The translations under genes were made by a program, and so were the position numbers. Shown in pieces: positions 9,983 to 19,406 of a DNA stretch of 47,912 bases. Origin of the DNA: a virus; IMG/VR virus record IMGVR_UViG_3300050026_000188, one strand, 5' to 3'. The notes below the pieces were generated by a model. That model had not been told where the DNA came from. It saw only the letters and a program-made list of their open reading frames with translations, and ran no database searches. Each line of letters begins with the position of its first letter. The first letter of the stretch is position 1.

Positions 9983-10411
9983 ATGGCCGTTGCAGTCTTC
10001 AACTTGGCGAACTTCCAAGCTCGATATCCGCAGTTCAATGCCGTGAGTCCAACCAGGCTTGCGGCATTGTTCGTGGAAGCGGGCTTGTATCTATCCAACA
10101 CGGACTGCAGCCCCATTCAGGACTTGGGGAGACGCGGGATGCTGCTCAACATGCTTGTGGCGCACATCTCTTCTCTCTCAGGCGATCTCAGCGCAGACGG
10201 ACAGGCTCAGCCAGTGGGGAGAGTAAGCCAGGCGGCAGAGGGGACCGTATCCGCGAGCTTTGAGGGCGTACCGCCCACGCCGGGCACGGGCGCATGGTTC
10301 CAACAAACCCAATACGGCGCGGCCTTCTGGCAAGCTACGGCGAGCCTACGGGGTATGCGTTATCGTTCCCGCCCAACCGATCCCAACCAGGGGCGGCGCT
10401 GGGGGTATTAG
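9983..10411 (+). CDS. Head-tail adaptor-like protein (DUF4054-like)
   Basis: Size and position; N-terminal MAVAVFNLANFQARYPQF resembles DUF4054 proteins. Confidence 0.35.
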   Translation: MAVAVFNLANFQARYPQFNAVSPTRLAALFVEAGLYLSNTDCSPIQDLGRRGMLLNMLVAHISSLSGDLSADGQAQPVGRVSQAAEGTVSASFEGVPPTPGTGAWFQQTQYGAAFWQATASLRGMRYRSRPTDPNQGRRWGY

Positions 10412-10948
10412 ATGCAACTCCCAATATCCCAAAACGTAGAGAGGAAGATCAAGGCCATCGCCGTGAAAATGAGCGCATCCCTTGAGGTTGGATTCCTTGA
10501 GGGGGCAATTTATTCGGACGGTACGCCCGTCGCATCCGTCGCCTTCTGGAATGAGTTCGGGCACGGGGGGAACTTTCCCGCACCTCCACGTCCGTTTTTT
10601 CGACCGATGATCGCAAAAGAGTCCCCCTCGTGGCCTGCAAAGATGGCAGCTTTGGTAAAGGCTACCGATGGGGACGGGCCAAAAATAATGGTCATGATGG
10701 GCGAGGATATTCAGGGAGCTTTGATCGACAGCATTAGAAGTGCGGACGTTGCCCCATTATCGGATACCACTCTTGCTCTCCGCGCTAAGTTTGGAAATAG
10801 CCCTGAAAAAATTACACTCAAGGACGTATTGGCTGCACAGCGAGCGGTTGCGGACGGCACCGCTACATTGGCGAGCGGGACTCAGGCAAAGCCGCTCGAT
10901 TGGACAGGCCATATGCTCAACAGCACGGGATATAGGGTGATCAAATGA
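10412..10948 (+). CDS. Head-tail joining protein, HK97 gp10-like
   Basis: PLDWTGHMLNSTGY motif near the C-terminus resembles the HK97 gp10 family signature; gene order. Confidence 0.5.
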   Translation: MQLPISQNVERKIKAIAVKMSASLEVGFLEGAIYSDGTPVASVAFWNEFGHGGNFPAPPRPFFRPMIAKESPSWPAKMAALVKATDGDGPKIMVMMGEDIQGALIDSIRSADVAPLSDTTLALRAKFGNSPEKITLKDVLAAQRAVADGTATLASGTQAKPLDWTGHMLNSTGYRVIK

Positions 10949-11172
10949 CAATCAAGCGCTTCGATTTGCTCAAAGTGGATTGCGGGTATCAGGGCAGCGA
11001 TCACGTTATGGAGGAAACTGACGACGGCGAATACGTGAGCTACGAACTTTACTCAGACGCAGTCTTCGCATTGACGGCGCTGGTTGAGGAATTCAATTGT
11101 CTCCCTGGCGTTCAAAAGACTTCGGTGCAAGAGTGCCTTGAGGCCGCTCGCGACTTTCGTGAGGCTCTCTAA
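10945..11172 (+). CDS. Hypothetical small protein
   Basis: 75-aa ORF, start overlaps the upstream stop. Confidence 0.3.
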   Translation: MTIKRFDLLKVDCGYQGSDHVMEETDDGEYVSYELYSDAVFALTALVEEFNCLPGVQKTSVQECLEAARDFREAL

Positions 11173-11564
11173 TGGATTTGAGATCAGTGGCAAATTCCGC
11201 CAGCAATGCGATCAACCCCAACATGATCGTGAGCGTCAAGCGATCAACGGGCTATACCGTGGGAGCGGGGCTCAAGCAAGTTCCCGCTTACGCCGCGCCC
11301 GTCTCGGGACCGGCTCAGCTTCAAGCGCTTGACGGCTCCGAGCTTCGGCAGATCGAAGGGCTCAACCTGCAGGGAGTTATCCGCGGGATCTATCTCCGCG
11401 GCAACCTGGCGGGAGTGATACGCCCGAACGGTACCGGCGGAGATCTCGTAATTATCGCGCCGCCCGCGCCGGCCGCCTTCGTTGGTACCTGGCTTTGCGT
11501 GAAGATTTTAGAGACGTGGCCGCTCTGGGCAAAAGCTGTCGTGGTATTGCAAGAGGGATCATAA
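11172..11564 (+). CDS. Hypothetical tail-completion-region protein
   Basis: 130-aa ORF in the pre-sheath position. Confidence 0.3.
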   Translation: MDLRSVANSASNAINPNMIVSVKRSTGYTVGAGLKQVPAYAAPVSGPAQLQALDGSELRQIEGLNLQGVIRGIYLRGNLAGVIRPNGTGGDLVIIAPPAPAAFVGTWLCVKILETWPLWAKAVVVLQEGS

Positions 11565-12079
11565 TGCCCGCGCCTATACCCTTTCTGGCTTCGATCAGCA
11601 TTGACGCCGTAATCGAAGCCCTGGGCGCATTCCTGCAGCCATTCGTAGGAGCCGCACAGATCATCCGCGCCCAGGTGAATCGCGTTGCTCCGCCGGCCGC
11701 GCCTTACGTGGAACTCACCGAAATTCTGCAGGTACCGCTAGAGACTCCGATTGACGTAGACAACGGAGCCAACGCGCAAACGGACATTACCGGACCAAAG
11801 CGGATCGATATTCAAATTGACTTCCGCGGTCCCGCTTCGGGCGACTGGTGTACAGCCGTAACAACTATTTACCGGAGTCCTTACGCGCCGGCTCAATTTC
11901 CCGATGGCATAAAACCGTTGTATTGTTCGGACGGTCATCAGATGCCGCTTACCACGGGTGAGCAACAATACGAAACCCGTTGGACGCTTACGGCGAGCTT
12001 GCAGTACAATCCGACTGTAAGTATTCCGCAACAGTCCGCTAATACTTTGGCGGTAAATATTATGGAGGCTTCGCAATAA
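11564..12079 (+). CDS. Hypothetical structural protein (possible tail terminator)
   Basis: ATG at 11564 (MPAPIPFLASI...); immediately upstream of the sheath gene. Confidence 0.3.
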   Translation: MPAPIPFLASISIDAVIEALGAFLQPFVGAAQIIRAQVNRVAPPAAPYVELTEILQVPLETPIDVDNGANAQTDITGPKRIDIQIDFRGPASGDWCTAVTTIYRSPYAPAQFPDGIKPLYCSDGHQMPLTTGEQQYETRWTLTASLQYNPTVSIPQQSANTLAVNIMEASQ

Positions 12080-13602
12080 TGACTATTCCCGCGTCTCGAA
12101 TTGCAAGAGTAAACCCCGGCGTTGTGAATAGCGGCGGAACGTCGCTGGTGATGAATGGGCTCTTCCTCACTCAAAATACCGCGATGCCCACGGCTTCGGC
12201 TTTCAACTTCGCGAGCCCCACGGCGGTAGCAAATTTCTTCGGTCCAGCATCCGCCGAAGCCGCCCTAGCAAAGATCTATTTCGCCGGCTACAGCAATTCC
12301 ACGATCAAGCCTGGCGGGATGATCTTCGCTCCCTTCAATCTTGCCGCTCGCTCCGCCTTCCTGCAGAGCGGATCGCTCGCCGGATTGAGCCTGGCACAGC
12401 TTGAAGTGCTGAGCGGTACGCTCATCCTCACCGTTGCCGGCGTGGTAGAGACTTCGGCCGCGATTGATCTGTCTACCGCCGGCAGTTTCAGCGGCGCGGC
12501 TACTCTCATTCAAGCCGGTTTCACAACTCCCCCCTTCACCGTTGCGTGGAATCCCGTTACCAGTGCGTTCGTGATCACCACCACGGCAACCGGCGCAACG
12601 GAGACGATCACTTTCGCAAGCGGGACGCTCGCCGCCGGGCTCAATCTGACTCAGGCAACCGGCGCGATTCTCTCGCAGGGAGCCGCGCTCGATACGCCGG
12701 CTACCGCAATGGCGAACGCCGTGCGCGTGACGCAGAACTTCGCGAGCGTTGTAACGCTATGGGAGCCGACTCTCAGCGATAAGGAAGGCTTCGCGGCCTG
12801 GTTCAATGCGGCCAACCTTGAATATCTGTATCTCGGTTGGGATTCCGATCCGAACGCATCGGTACTCGGAAATACAACCTGTTTCGGCGCGGTAACGAAG
12901 GCCGCTCAGTGGAACGGCGTTGCGTGCATCTCCGGAGATCCGGCGTTAGCTCTCGCGAGCGGCACCACTCTCGCCGCGCTCGCGCTCAACGTCGCTACGT
13001 TCGTGGCCGGCGCGATTGCTTCGATCAACTCCGGCGCAACCAACGGGCGCGTTACTCTCGCCTTCCTTGCTCAGTCGGGGATGGCTCCCACGGTTGCAGA
13101 CGATCAGATCTCTCAGAATTTGCTCGCGAACGGTTACAGCTTCTACGGATCGTATGCGACGGCGAATGATGGCTTCGTTTTCTTCTACAACGGGCAGATG
13201 CCGGGCGAGTTCGGTTTCATCGATTCCTTCGTCAATCAGATTTACCTCAACGCACAATTTCAGTTGGCGATGCTCACGTTGCTTACCAACATCGGAGACT
13301 TCCCCTATACCCCATCCGGTTACGGGTTGCTTCGTTCGGCGCTGATGGACCCTATCAATGCGGCGCTTGCTTTCGGAACGATTCGCACGGGAGTTACTCT
13401 TTCGGCCGCGCAGATCTCCGAAGTCAACCTGGCCGCCGGCGTTGACGCTGCAAGCGTGATTCAGACGGCCGGCTACTACCTGCAGATCCTTGACCCTGGC
13501 GCTCAGGTTCGCGGGCTCCGCGGCAGCCCTATCGTCAACTTCTGGTATAGCGACGGCGGCGCGGTCCAATTTATCAACATGGCAAGCATTGACATTCTGT
13601 AA
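12079..13602 (+). CDS. Tail sheath protein (DUF3383-like)
   Basis: 507-aa ORF followed by a tube-like gene, then chaperone with frameshift and tape measure: the contractile-tail order. Confidence 0.65.
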   Translation: MTIPASRIARVNPGVVNSGGTSLVMNGLFLTQNTAMPTASAFNFASPTAVANFFGPASAEAALAKIYFAGYSNSTIKPGGMIFAPFNLAARSAFLQSGSLAGLSLAQLEVLSGTLILTVAGVVETSAAIDLSTAGSFSGAATLIQAGFTTPPFTVAWNPVTSAFVITTTATGATETITFASGTLAAGLNLTQATGAILSQGAALDTPATAMANAVRVTQNFASVVTLWEPTLSDKEGFAAWFNAANLEYLYLGWDSDPNASVLGNTTCFGAVTKAAQWNGVACISGDPALALASGTTLAALALNVATFVAGAIASINSGATNGRVTLAFLAQSGMAPTVADDQISQNLLANGYSFYGSYATANDGFVFFYNGQMPGEFGFIDSFVNQIYLNAQFQLAMLTLLTNIGDFPYTPSGYGLLRSALMDPINAALAFGTIRTGVTLSAAQISEVNLAAGVDAASVIQTAGYYLQILDPGAQVRGLRGSPIVNFWYSDGGAVQFINMASIDIL

Positions 13603-13911
13603 CTGAAAGAGGGCAGCATTTTGGACACTTCGATCAATGCGGCGCTCGCCTTCGGAGCCATTCGCACGGGCGTTACGCTTTCGGATGAGCAGATCTCCGA
13701 AGTCAACCAGGCCGCCGGCGTAGACGCTGCAAGCGTGATTCAGACGGCCGGCAACTACCTGCAGATCCTTGACCCTGGCGCTCAGGTTCGCGGGCTCCGC
13801 GGCAGCCCTATCGTCAACCTCTGGTACGCCGATGGTGACGCGGTCCAAACCATAACGATGGCAAGCATCGACATTCTGTAACTGAAAGAGGGCAGCATTT
13901 TGGACACTTCG
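13354..13911 (+). repeat. Tandem duplication, two 279-bp units (13354..13632 and 13633..13911), about 90% identical
   Basis: Base-by-base alignment: about 25 substitutions in the 249 coding nt, none in the 30 nt of stop + AGAGGG + TTG start region. Confidence 0.85.
13621..13881 (+). CDS. Free-standing paralogue of the sheath C-terminal domain (86 aa)
   Basis: Begins with the same AGAGGG-TTG-GAC-ACT-TCG as the tube gene, then encodes a diverged copy of the last 83 aa of the sheath. Confidence 0.4.
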   Translation: MDTSINAALAFGAIRTGVTLSDEQISEVNQAAGVDAASVIQTAGNYLQILDPGAQVRGLRGSPIVNLWYADGDAVQTITMASIDIL

Positions 13912-14334
13912 ATAACCTCAGCAAATTCCGTATTCACGATCTCTGTCCCCGGCTTGTTTCCTATCCCTCAGCAGTTGAAGGGATACTCCGCAGAGAAGGC
14001 TTGGAGCAGCGATAACCTCGACCTGGCAGAGACTCAGATGGGCGTAGATGGCCGCTTGACCGCCGGCTATACCCCGATGGCTGTAAAGCAGACGATCAGC
14101 CTGCAGGCCGACTCCCCGAGTAAGCAGATCTTCAAAACCATTCAGGCCGCGACTCGGGCGGCGCGGGATGTGTATTACATAAACGGCACGATTGATCTGC
14201 CGTCCACGGGTGAATCCTTCATCGGTACCCGCGGCGTGCTGCAGGCAGTGAAGCCCCTTCCGGACGCCGGCAAGGTTTTGCAGCCGATGGAGTTTGCAAT
14301 TGTGTGGGAGAGTCTGGTGCCCACTCTCCTGTAA
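13900..14334 (+). CDS. Tail tube protein (DUF3277-like)
   Basis: About 145 aa directly after the sheath; TTG start with AGAGGG upstream; YINGTIDLP region. Confidence 0.65.
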   Translation: MDTSITSANSVFTISVPGLFPIPQQLKGYSAEKAWSSDNLDLAETQMGVDGRLTAGYTPMAVKQTISLQADSPSKQIFKTIQAATRAARDVYYINGTIDLPSTGESFIGTRGVLQAVKPLPDAGKVLQPMEFAIVWESLVPTLL

Positions 14335-14370
14335 ATATGACAGAAGAAACGATGGGGGTTTAGGTAACTA

Positions 14371-14832
14371 ATGAATTACAGCAAAAATGCGCCGGCCTTC
14401 GCAGCATCGTTTGAGGGGTACTCGCCCGTTTCGGTGCATCATCCGGAAGATCCCCCGGACGTATGGACAATGGGATTTGGCTCAACATATTGGAGCGGCG
14501 CGAAGGTAACTGAGGGTATGACGTGTACCCGCGATGAAGCGCTCTTGCAGTTGGCGGGCGGCCTTGAGAGTGCGGCGCGATGCGTCAATCTCTCGCTGCA
14601 TGTGACCGTAACCCAGGACGAGTTTGACGCTTGCACGGATCTTACTTACAACATCGGCTGCTCGCGCTGGCAGGAATCCACCGCGAGGGAGCGGCTCAAC
14701 GCTGGGGATTACGCTGGCGCAGCATCAGCCTTCGAGATGTGGGATCGTGCGGGCGGCGTAGTGATGGCAGGATTGCTCCGACGCCGGAAGGCTGAGGAAG
14801 TTCTATTTGATACGCAGGGAGTATCGGCATGA
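14371..14832 (+). CDS. Lysozyme, glycoside hydrolase family 24 (T4/P22-type muramidase)
   Basis: FEG...D...WTMGFGST catalytic block (Glu/Asp/Thr) and C-terminal NIG...LNAGDY...W...GG...GLLRRRKAEEVLF pattern. Confidence 0.8.
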   Translation: MNYSKNAPAFAASFEGYSPVSVHHPEDPPDVWTMGFGSTYWSGAKVTEGMTCTRDEALLQLAGGLESAARCVNLSLHVTVTQDEFDACTDLTYNIGCSRWQESTARERLNAGDYAGAASAFEMWDRAGGVVMAGLLRRRKAEEVLFDTQGVSA

Positions 14833-15296
14833 GAAAGACGGCGAGTTATACAGTCACGCAAGAGGGCCGCGATCTCGGCAAGCGCTTCCTCATAACTGAG
14901 ATGGGCGCAGCGCAGGGGGAGTCGTGGGCGGCGCGGGCTCTGCTCGCACTGATGGCGAATAACGCGGAGATCCCCGAAAACTTTGCAGAGCTCGGAATGG
15001 CCGGGCTTGCTGAGTTGGGACTCAGGGCGCTGAGTAGTCTTCGCTGGGAAGTCCTCTCCCCCTTGCTTGAGGAAATGATGGCCTGCGTTCAAATCATTCC
15101 CGATGCCAAAAAGACTCAGGTTGTGCGTTCACTCATTGAGGACGATATCGAAGAGATTGCAACGCGGCTCAGTCTGCGTTTGGAGTGGTGGGAGTTGCAT
15201 ATGGGTTTTTTGCAAGCCGTCGCCCCCTCAATCTTAGGACACGGGCCGGCGGCGAAGGACGCCCCCCGGCGAGCTACAGCAACGTCCCGAAGATAA
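14829..15296 (+). CDS. Tail assembly chaperone (gpG-like); -1 frameshift predicted to extend it to 15418
   Basis: Position between tube/lysozyme and tape measure; overlapping -1-frame ORF 15185..15418; slippery heptamer in the overlap. Confidence 0.45.
   Translation: MRKTASYTVTQEGRDLGKRFLITEMGAAQGESWAARALLALMANNAEIPENFAELGMAGLAELGLRALSSLRWEVLSPLLEEMMACVQIIPDAKKTQVVRSLIEDDIEEIATRLSLRLEWWELHMGFLQAVAPSILGHGPAAKDAPRRATATSRR
15203..15209 (+). other. Programmed -1 ribosomal frameshift site, heptamer G GGT TTT
   Basis: Zero-frame codons ATG GGT TTT TTG; the -1 frame reads GGG TTT TTT and stays open to 15418. Confidence 0.5.
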
Positions 15297-15493
15297 TTGG
15301 GATACTGATCTCCCGGCGCATGGCGACGCTGCATGAGTTACAGACTTGCTATGGAGTGGAAGACGCTCACAACATGTTGGAAGTGGTGATTGTAGACGAT
15401 GCCAACAGACAGACATAAACTCGATCTCCAACGCGAACGATACGCCAATATGACTTCTGAAGAAAAGGTAGCTTGGCGTGAGAGGGCGTCCGG

Positions 15494-17275
15494 ATGCCTA
15501 CAATCATAGATTCTTTAGTAGTCAGCCTAGGCCTCGACTCCAAAGACTTGGATGCGAAGAGCGGCTCTGCGGGCAAGAAGCTAAAAGAAGTTGAGGGGCA
15601 ATCTGCAAAGACTGAGGGCGGCGTAAGGAAGATCGGCGTCGCCAGCAAAGAGGCGGCGGTCGGAGTCGGCGGGCTAACCCGCACGCTGGGGAGCTTCCTC
15701 GCGCTCATCGCCGGAACGATGGCGATCAAGGCGTTTGCATCCGACTTCATCGATGCCAACGCCGCATTGCTACGACTCTCTCAGAATCTCGGTCTAGGCG
15801 TCTCAACTATCTCAGCGTGGGGGAAAGCCTCCGAAGAGCTCGGCGGGAGCGCGGCGGGGCTGCAGGGCACGCTAGACATGCTCTCAATGTCGCAGACGGA
15901 GCTTCGTCTAACCGGGCAATCCTCTCTGATCCCCTATTTCTCAGCGCTCGGGGTATCGCTCGCCGACGTGAACGGCAAGGCGCGGCCGGTTGACGCAATT
16001 CTTTTGGATCTCGCAGATCGCTTCTCTCGTATGGACCGGACAACCGCAAACAACATGGGCCGGATGATGGGGATCGATCAAGGGACCATGAACCTGCTTT
16101 TGCAGGGGCGCAAAGAGCTTGAGCTAACGATCAAGCGCCAGAAGGAAAGTACGGCGGTCACGCAGAAGCAGGCCGAAGCCGCCCAGAAGCTACAGACTCA
16201 GATTGTGGAGACGAAGCAAAAGTTTACGGCGCTTGGGAATGCGCTGATGCTTGAGGCAGCGCCGGCGCTTGAGAGACTCGCTGATCTCTTCCTTCGCCTG
16301 GGCAACTGGGTACTCGACAATGAGGAACTCGTAACGGACTTCCTGAAGGTGATGGCGGTCGGGCTGGGAGCAATCGCGCTCATAACTGCCCCGATCAATC
16401 TCGCAGTGGTTGCCGTACTCGCGCTCGCCGCTGGCATCGCGCTGCTCTGGCAGGACTATCAGGTATGGAAGCGCGGCGGTACATCCTTTATCGACTGGGC
16501 GAAGTGGGAGCCTGAGATTAGGATGGCTACGAAGGCCATCACTCTTCTAGGCGACGCCATAGCGCGAGTGATCGGGCTCAAGAGCCAGCCTGCAAACAAT
16601 CACGCCCCAGGCTCGGGGTACACCCAACTCAAGGACAACGCCCCCGCGGGCTGGGCGAGTCCGGGCGGCGGTGAGCCCGGGGGCGCGGCCACTGGTGAGC
16701 AGATCAAAAAGTATTTCGAGGGGCAAGGATGGAGTTCCGCTCAGGCCGCCGGCATTGCTGCAAACTTTATGCGCGAGAGTGTCGGCCGAACTAAGGCACC
16801 GGGGGACGGCGGTCACGCATACGGTTTAGGGCAGTGGCACTCAGACCGGCAAGCCAACTTTGCGAAATTTGCCGGGCACAGTATCAAGTCATCTACTCTC
16901 CCTGAGCAATTGGCTTTTGCTCAGTACGAACTTACTCACGGTGAGAAGAGGGCGGGAGATGCGCTCCGCGGGGCGACTAACGCAGGGCAGGCCGGCGCGA
17001 TTGTGTCACGGATGTATGAGCGGCCGGCAGACGCAGACGGCGAAGCGAGACTGCGCTCATCTCTCGCTCTGGCGCTCGCGGGCGTCGGCGGGGCAACCGG
17101 CGCAATCGCGGCGGCGAGCCCCACGCCGGCGGGCTCTGGCGTGTCTTCGAGCGATAGCAGCGTTACAAACCATATCGGAGAGATCAAGGTTTACACGGCT
17201 GCCACTGATGCGAACGGCATCGCTCGGGGCATGAACTTCCTCTTCACCAGCCAGGCTAATGCGGGGCTCAACTAA
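15494..17275 (+). CDS. Tape measure protein with C-terminal lysozyme-like domain
   Basis: Long helical, Ala/Leu/Gln-rich protein with a hydrophobic segment (VMAVGLGAIALITAPINLAVVAVLALAAGIALLW); C-terminal GIAANFMRESVGRT...HAYGLGQW...R block resembling phage tail lysozyme domains. Confidence 0.8.
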   Translation: MPTIIDSLVVSLGLDSKDLDAKSGSAGKKLKEVEGQSAKTEGGVRKIGVASKEAAVGVGGLTRTLGSFLALIAGTMAIKAFASDFIDANAALLRLSQNLGLGVSTISAWGKASEELGGSAAGLQGTLDMLSMSQTELRLTGQSSLIPYFSALGVSLADVNGKARPVDAILLDLADRFSRMDRTTANNMGRMMGIDQGTMNLLLQGRKELELTIKRQKESTAVTQKQAEAAQKLQTQIVETKQKFTALGNALMLEAAPALERLADLFLRLGNWVLDNEELVTDFLKVMAVGLGAIALITAPINLAVVAVLALAAGIALLWQDYQVWKRGGTSFIDWAKWEPEIRMATKAITLLGDAIARVIGLKSQPANNHAPGSGYTQLKDNAPAGWASPGGGEPGGAATGEQIKKYFEGQGWSSAQAAGIAANFMRESVGRTKAPGDGGHAYGLGQWHSDRQANFAKFAGHSIKSSTLPEQLAFAQYELTHGEKRAGDALRGATNAGQAGAIVSRMYERPADADGEARLRSSLALALAGVGGATGAIAAASPTPAGSGVSSSDSSVTNHIGEIKVYTAATDANGIARGMNFLFTSQANAGLN

Positions 17276-18027
17276 TGCCGCCGGCAACAAACATTCCGTA
17301 CCCCAACGTTCCCGCGGTCCCGGGCGTGCCCCAGCTATTGCGTCAGGTGGGCGCGGTTGCGCCGATACCCGTTGTGACAATCGGGATCGGCGCTCTCGAA
17401 AACATCCTGGGCGCGGCGCTGCAACAGGCTCCGCAGTGGGGCATCTTCGACGCAGCCGGCAACCAGGTTGGCATCAGCCCCAACAGTTCTGCAACGCTCC
17501 TGGCAGCCATCGGTAACGCTGCACTGAGCCTGCTCTCGGGCGCGAGTGCGGTCCTCTCCACTTTTGGATTCGATTATATGAAAGAGATGGTAGTGAGCGA
17601 TTTCCCCGTTGAAGGGGGATCGTTCGCCAGCTACAACAAAGTAGAGAAGCCGGGCAACCCCGTGGTGACTCTAGCGCTCGCCGGTAGCGTGAGTGACCGG
17701 ACAACGTTTCTCAACGCTATCGATGCTGCTACCAAATCAATCAACGCCTATAGCGTCGTGACGCCCGAGATCACCTATTCCAATTACACTCTTGAGCGCT
17801 ATCGCTATCAGCGGCGAGCGGAGCGGGGCGCGACGCTGCTTATGGTCGAAGTGTCGCTCAAGCAAGTTCGGGGCGTGGTAGCTGCATTTACTACCGTGAC
17901 TGTCACTCCTATCGTCAATCCCCAAGATCCCGGCGCTACGTCTCAAGTGAGTAACGGACCTACGCAACCGATAGCGCCGCCGACTTCTACGTTTAAGTCA
18001 CTTGCAAATAAACTGGGGCTCCACTGA
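17275..18027 (+). CDS. Tail/baseplate protein, unassigned
   Basis: First ORF after the tape measure; start overlaps its stop. Confidence 0.35.
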   Translation: MPPATNIPYPNVPAVPGVPQLLRQVGAVAPIPVVTIGIGALENILGAALQQAPQWGIFDAAGNQVGISPNSSATLLAAIGNAALSLLSGASAVLSTFGFDYMKEMVVSDFPVEGGSFASYNKVEKPGNPVVTLALAGSVSDRTTFLNAIDAATKSINAYSVVTPEITYSNYTLERYRYQRRAERGATLLMVEVSLKQVRGVVAAFTTVTVTPIVNPQDPGATSQVSNGPTQPIAPPTSTFKSLANKLGLH

Positions 18028-18350
18028 TGCCCCAACAAATATCTACTCAACCCGTTCCCTCTCAGATATTGCAAGTGACACTTGCTGGGCAAAGTTGCCA
18101 GATCGCCATCTATCAGAAGACGCAAGGGCTCTTCGTGGATCTCAACGTAAACGGCATTGATATCTCTATAGCCGTGATCGCGCATGATGTTGTACCACTG
18201 GTTCCTACCGGTTATCTTGGATTTGTGGGGCAACTGATATTTACGGACACTCAGGGGGGTAACGATCCGACTTATGACGGGCTCGGGAGCCGCTATCAAC
18301 TCGTCTACCTGACACCGGCGGAGGTTGCGAGTGTTCAACTTCAATTCTGA
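18027..18350 (+). CDS. Small tail/baseplate protein
   Basis: 107-aa ORF, start overlaps upstream stop. Confidence 0.3.
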   Translation: MPQQISTQPVPSQILQVTLAGQSCQIAIYQKTQGLFVDLNVNGIDISIAVIAHDVVPLVPTGYLGFVGQLIFTDTQGGNDPTYDGLGSRYQLVYLTPAEVASVQLQF

Positions 18351-18488
18351 CGCCGGTTAGCAGCCCGATAATCCTAAATGCTATTCTGGTAAAGAAGAAC
18401 CGCTTAGAGCTTTCATCGGGCGCGGGCACGAGGGTAATCATGGTTTTTATTATGGAGAATTGTTGACTGTACTGTCAATAGCTAAATT

Positions 18489-19406
18489 ATGATCGGTTCC
18501 TTCCAAAATAAAAAAGAGCTTCGCTTCGTCATCACGCTCGCGACGGGGAGCTTCGGCTCAAGCTCTGCTAACCAGGTAACTCTTGAGGGGCTTCGTGCCA
18601 CTGCCGAAATTGACAAAGGCGGCGGCCAGATGAACGCCACTCTTTGCGCTCAAATTTACGGCGTGGCTCAAAGTGACATGAATGCGGTAACAACCCCGTG
18701 GGGACCACGCTATATCAATCGTAATACGATTTTGGTTTATGCCATCGACGGAGCGCAGGAGACGCTAGTATTTGCGGGAGAGATTGTAAACGCCTGGGGC
18801 AACTATCAGCAGATGCCTGATGTCTTCCTACAAATACAGGCTCAAGCTGGCGTGATCAATCAGCTTCAACCTATCCCTCCCACTAGCTACAAAGGCACCG
18901 TGGATGTTGCCACTCTGATGGCTCAACTCGCGGCAACGATGGGATACAAGTTTGAGAATAACGGCGTAAGCGTCCCGCTCGTAAATCCCTACGTGGCAAA
19001 CACCGGAATCGAGCAAGTAAAGTCTCTAGCGAAGCAGGCGGGAATAGGATGGGGACTTGATAACGGTGTACTCTTCATAGCGCCAGCAGATACGCCACGC
19101 GGGAGCTTGATCCCCCTGATCTCCTCTCAAACTGGGATGATCGGATACCCGACGTATGACAATCATGGGATCAATATCAGAACTCTTTTCAATCCGGCTA
19201 TCGTCTACCACGGGGCGTTCAAGGTAATCAGTTCGGTGCCGCGCCCGATGGGATCTCTCGATACTCAAGGCGCTGCTCTCGCGCCCAGTCTAATCGGACA
19301 ATGGGTAGCATTTTCAATCGCTCACAGTCTTTCGAGCGAGAAGCCGGGCGGCCCCTGGTGGAGCACAGTGAGAGGAAACCCCAGTGGCTTCGCAATCTCC
19401 AATTAG
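18489..19406 (+). CDS. Baseplate hub-like protein
   Basis: About 305 aa ORF just upstream of the spike-like gene. Confidence 0.4.
   Translation: MIGSFQNKKELRFVITLATGSFGSSSANQVTLEGLRATAEIDKGGGQMNATLCAQIYGVAQSDMNAVTTPWGPRYINRNTILVYAIDGAQETLVFAGEIVNAWGNYQQMPDVFLQIQAQAGVINQLQPIPPTSYKGTVDVATLMAQLAATMGYKFENNGVSVPLVNPYVANTGIEQVKSLAKQAGIGWGLDNGVLFIAPADTPRGSLIPLISSQTGMIGYPTYDNHGINIRTLFNPAIVYHGAFKVISSVPRPMGSLDTQGAALAPSLIGQWVAFSIAHSLSSEKPGGPWWSTVRGNPSGFAISN

Noticed and set aside
12946-13848. 300-aa minus-strand ORF with an internal repeat, antisense to the sheath gene
   Set aside because: It lies wholly inside well-supported plus-strand genes and its repeat is just the reverse complement of the tandem duplication; long antisense ORFs are expected in GC-rich DNA.
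18351-18488. Possible tRNA or promoter in the 138-bp gap within the baseplate block
   Set aside because: Only short inverted repeats (TTGAC-N6-GTCAA) are visible; no cloverleaf could be built by eye and the spacing to the next ATG does not fit a clean promoter.
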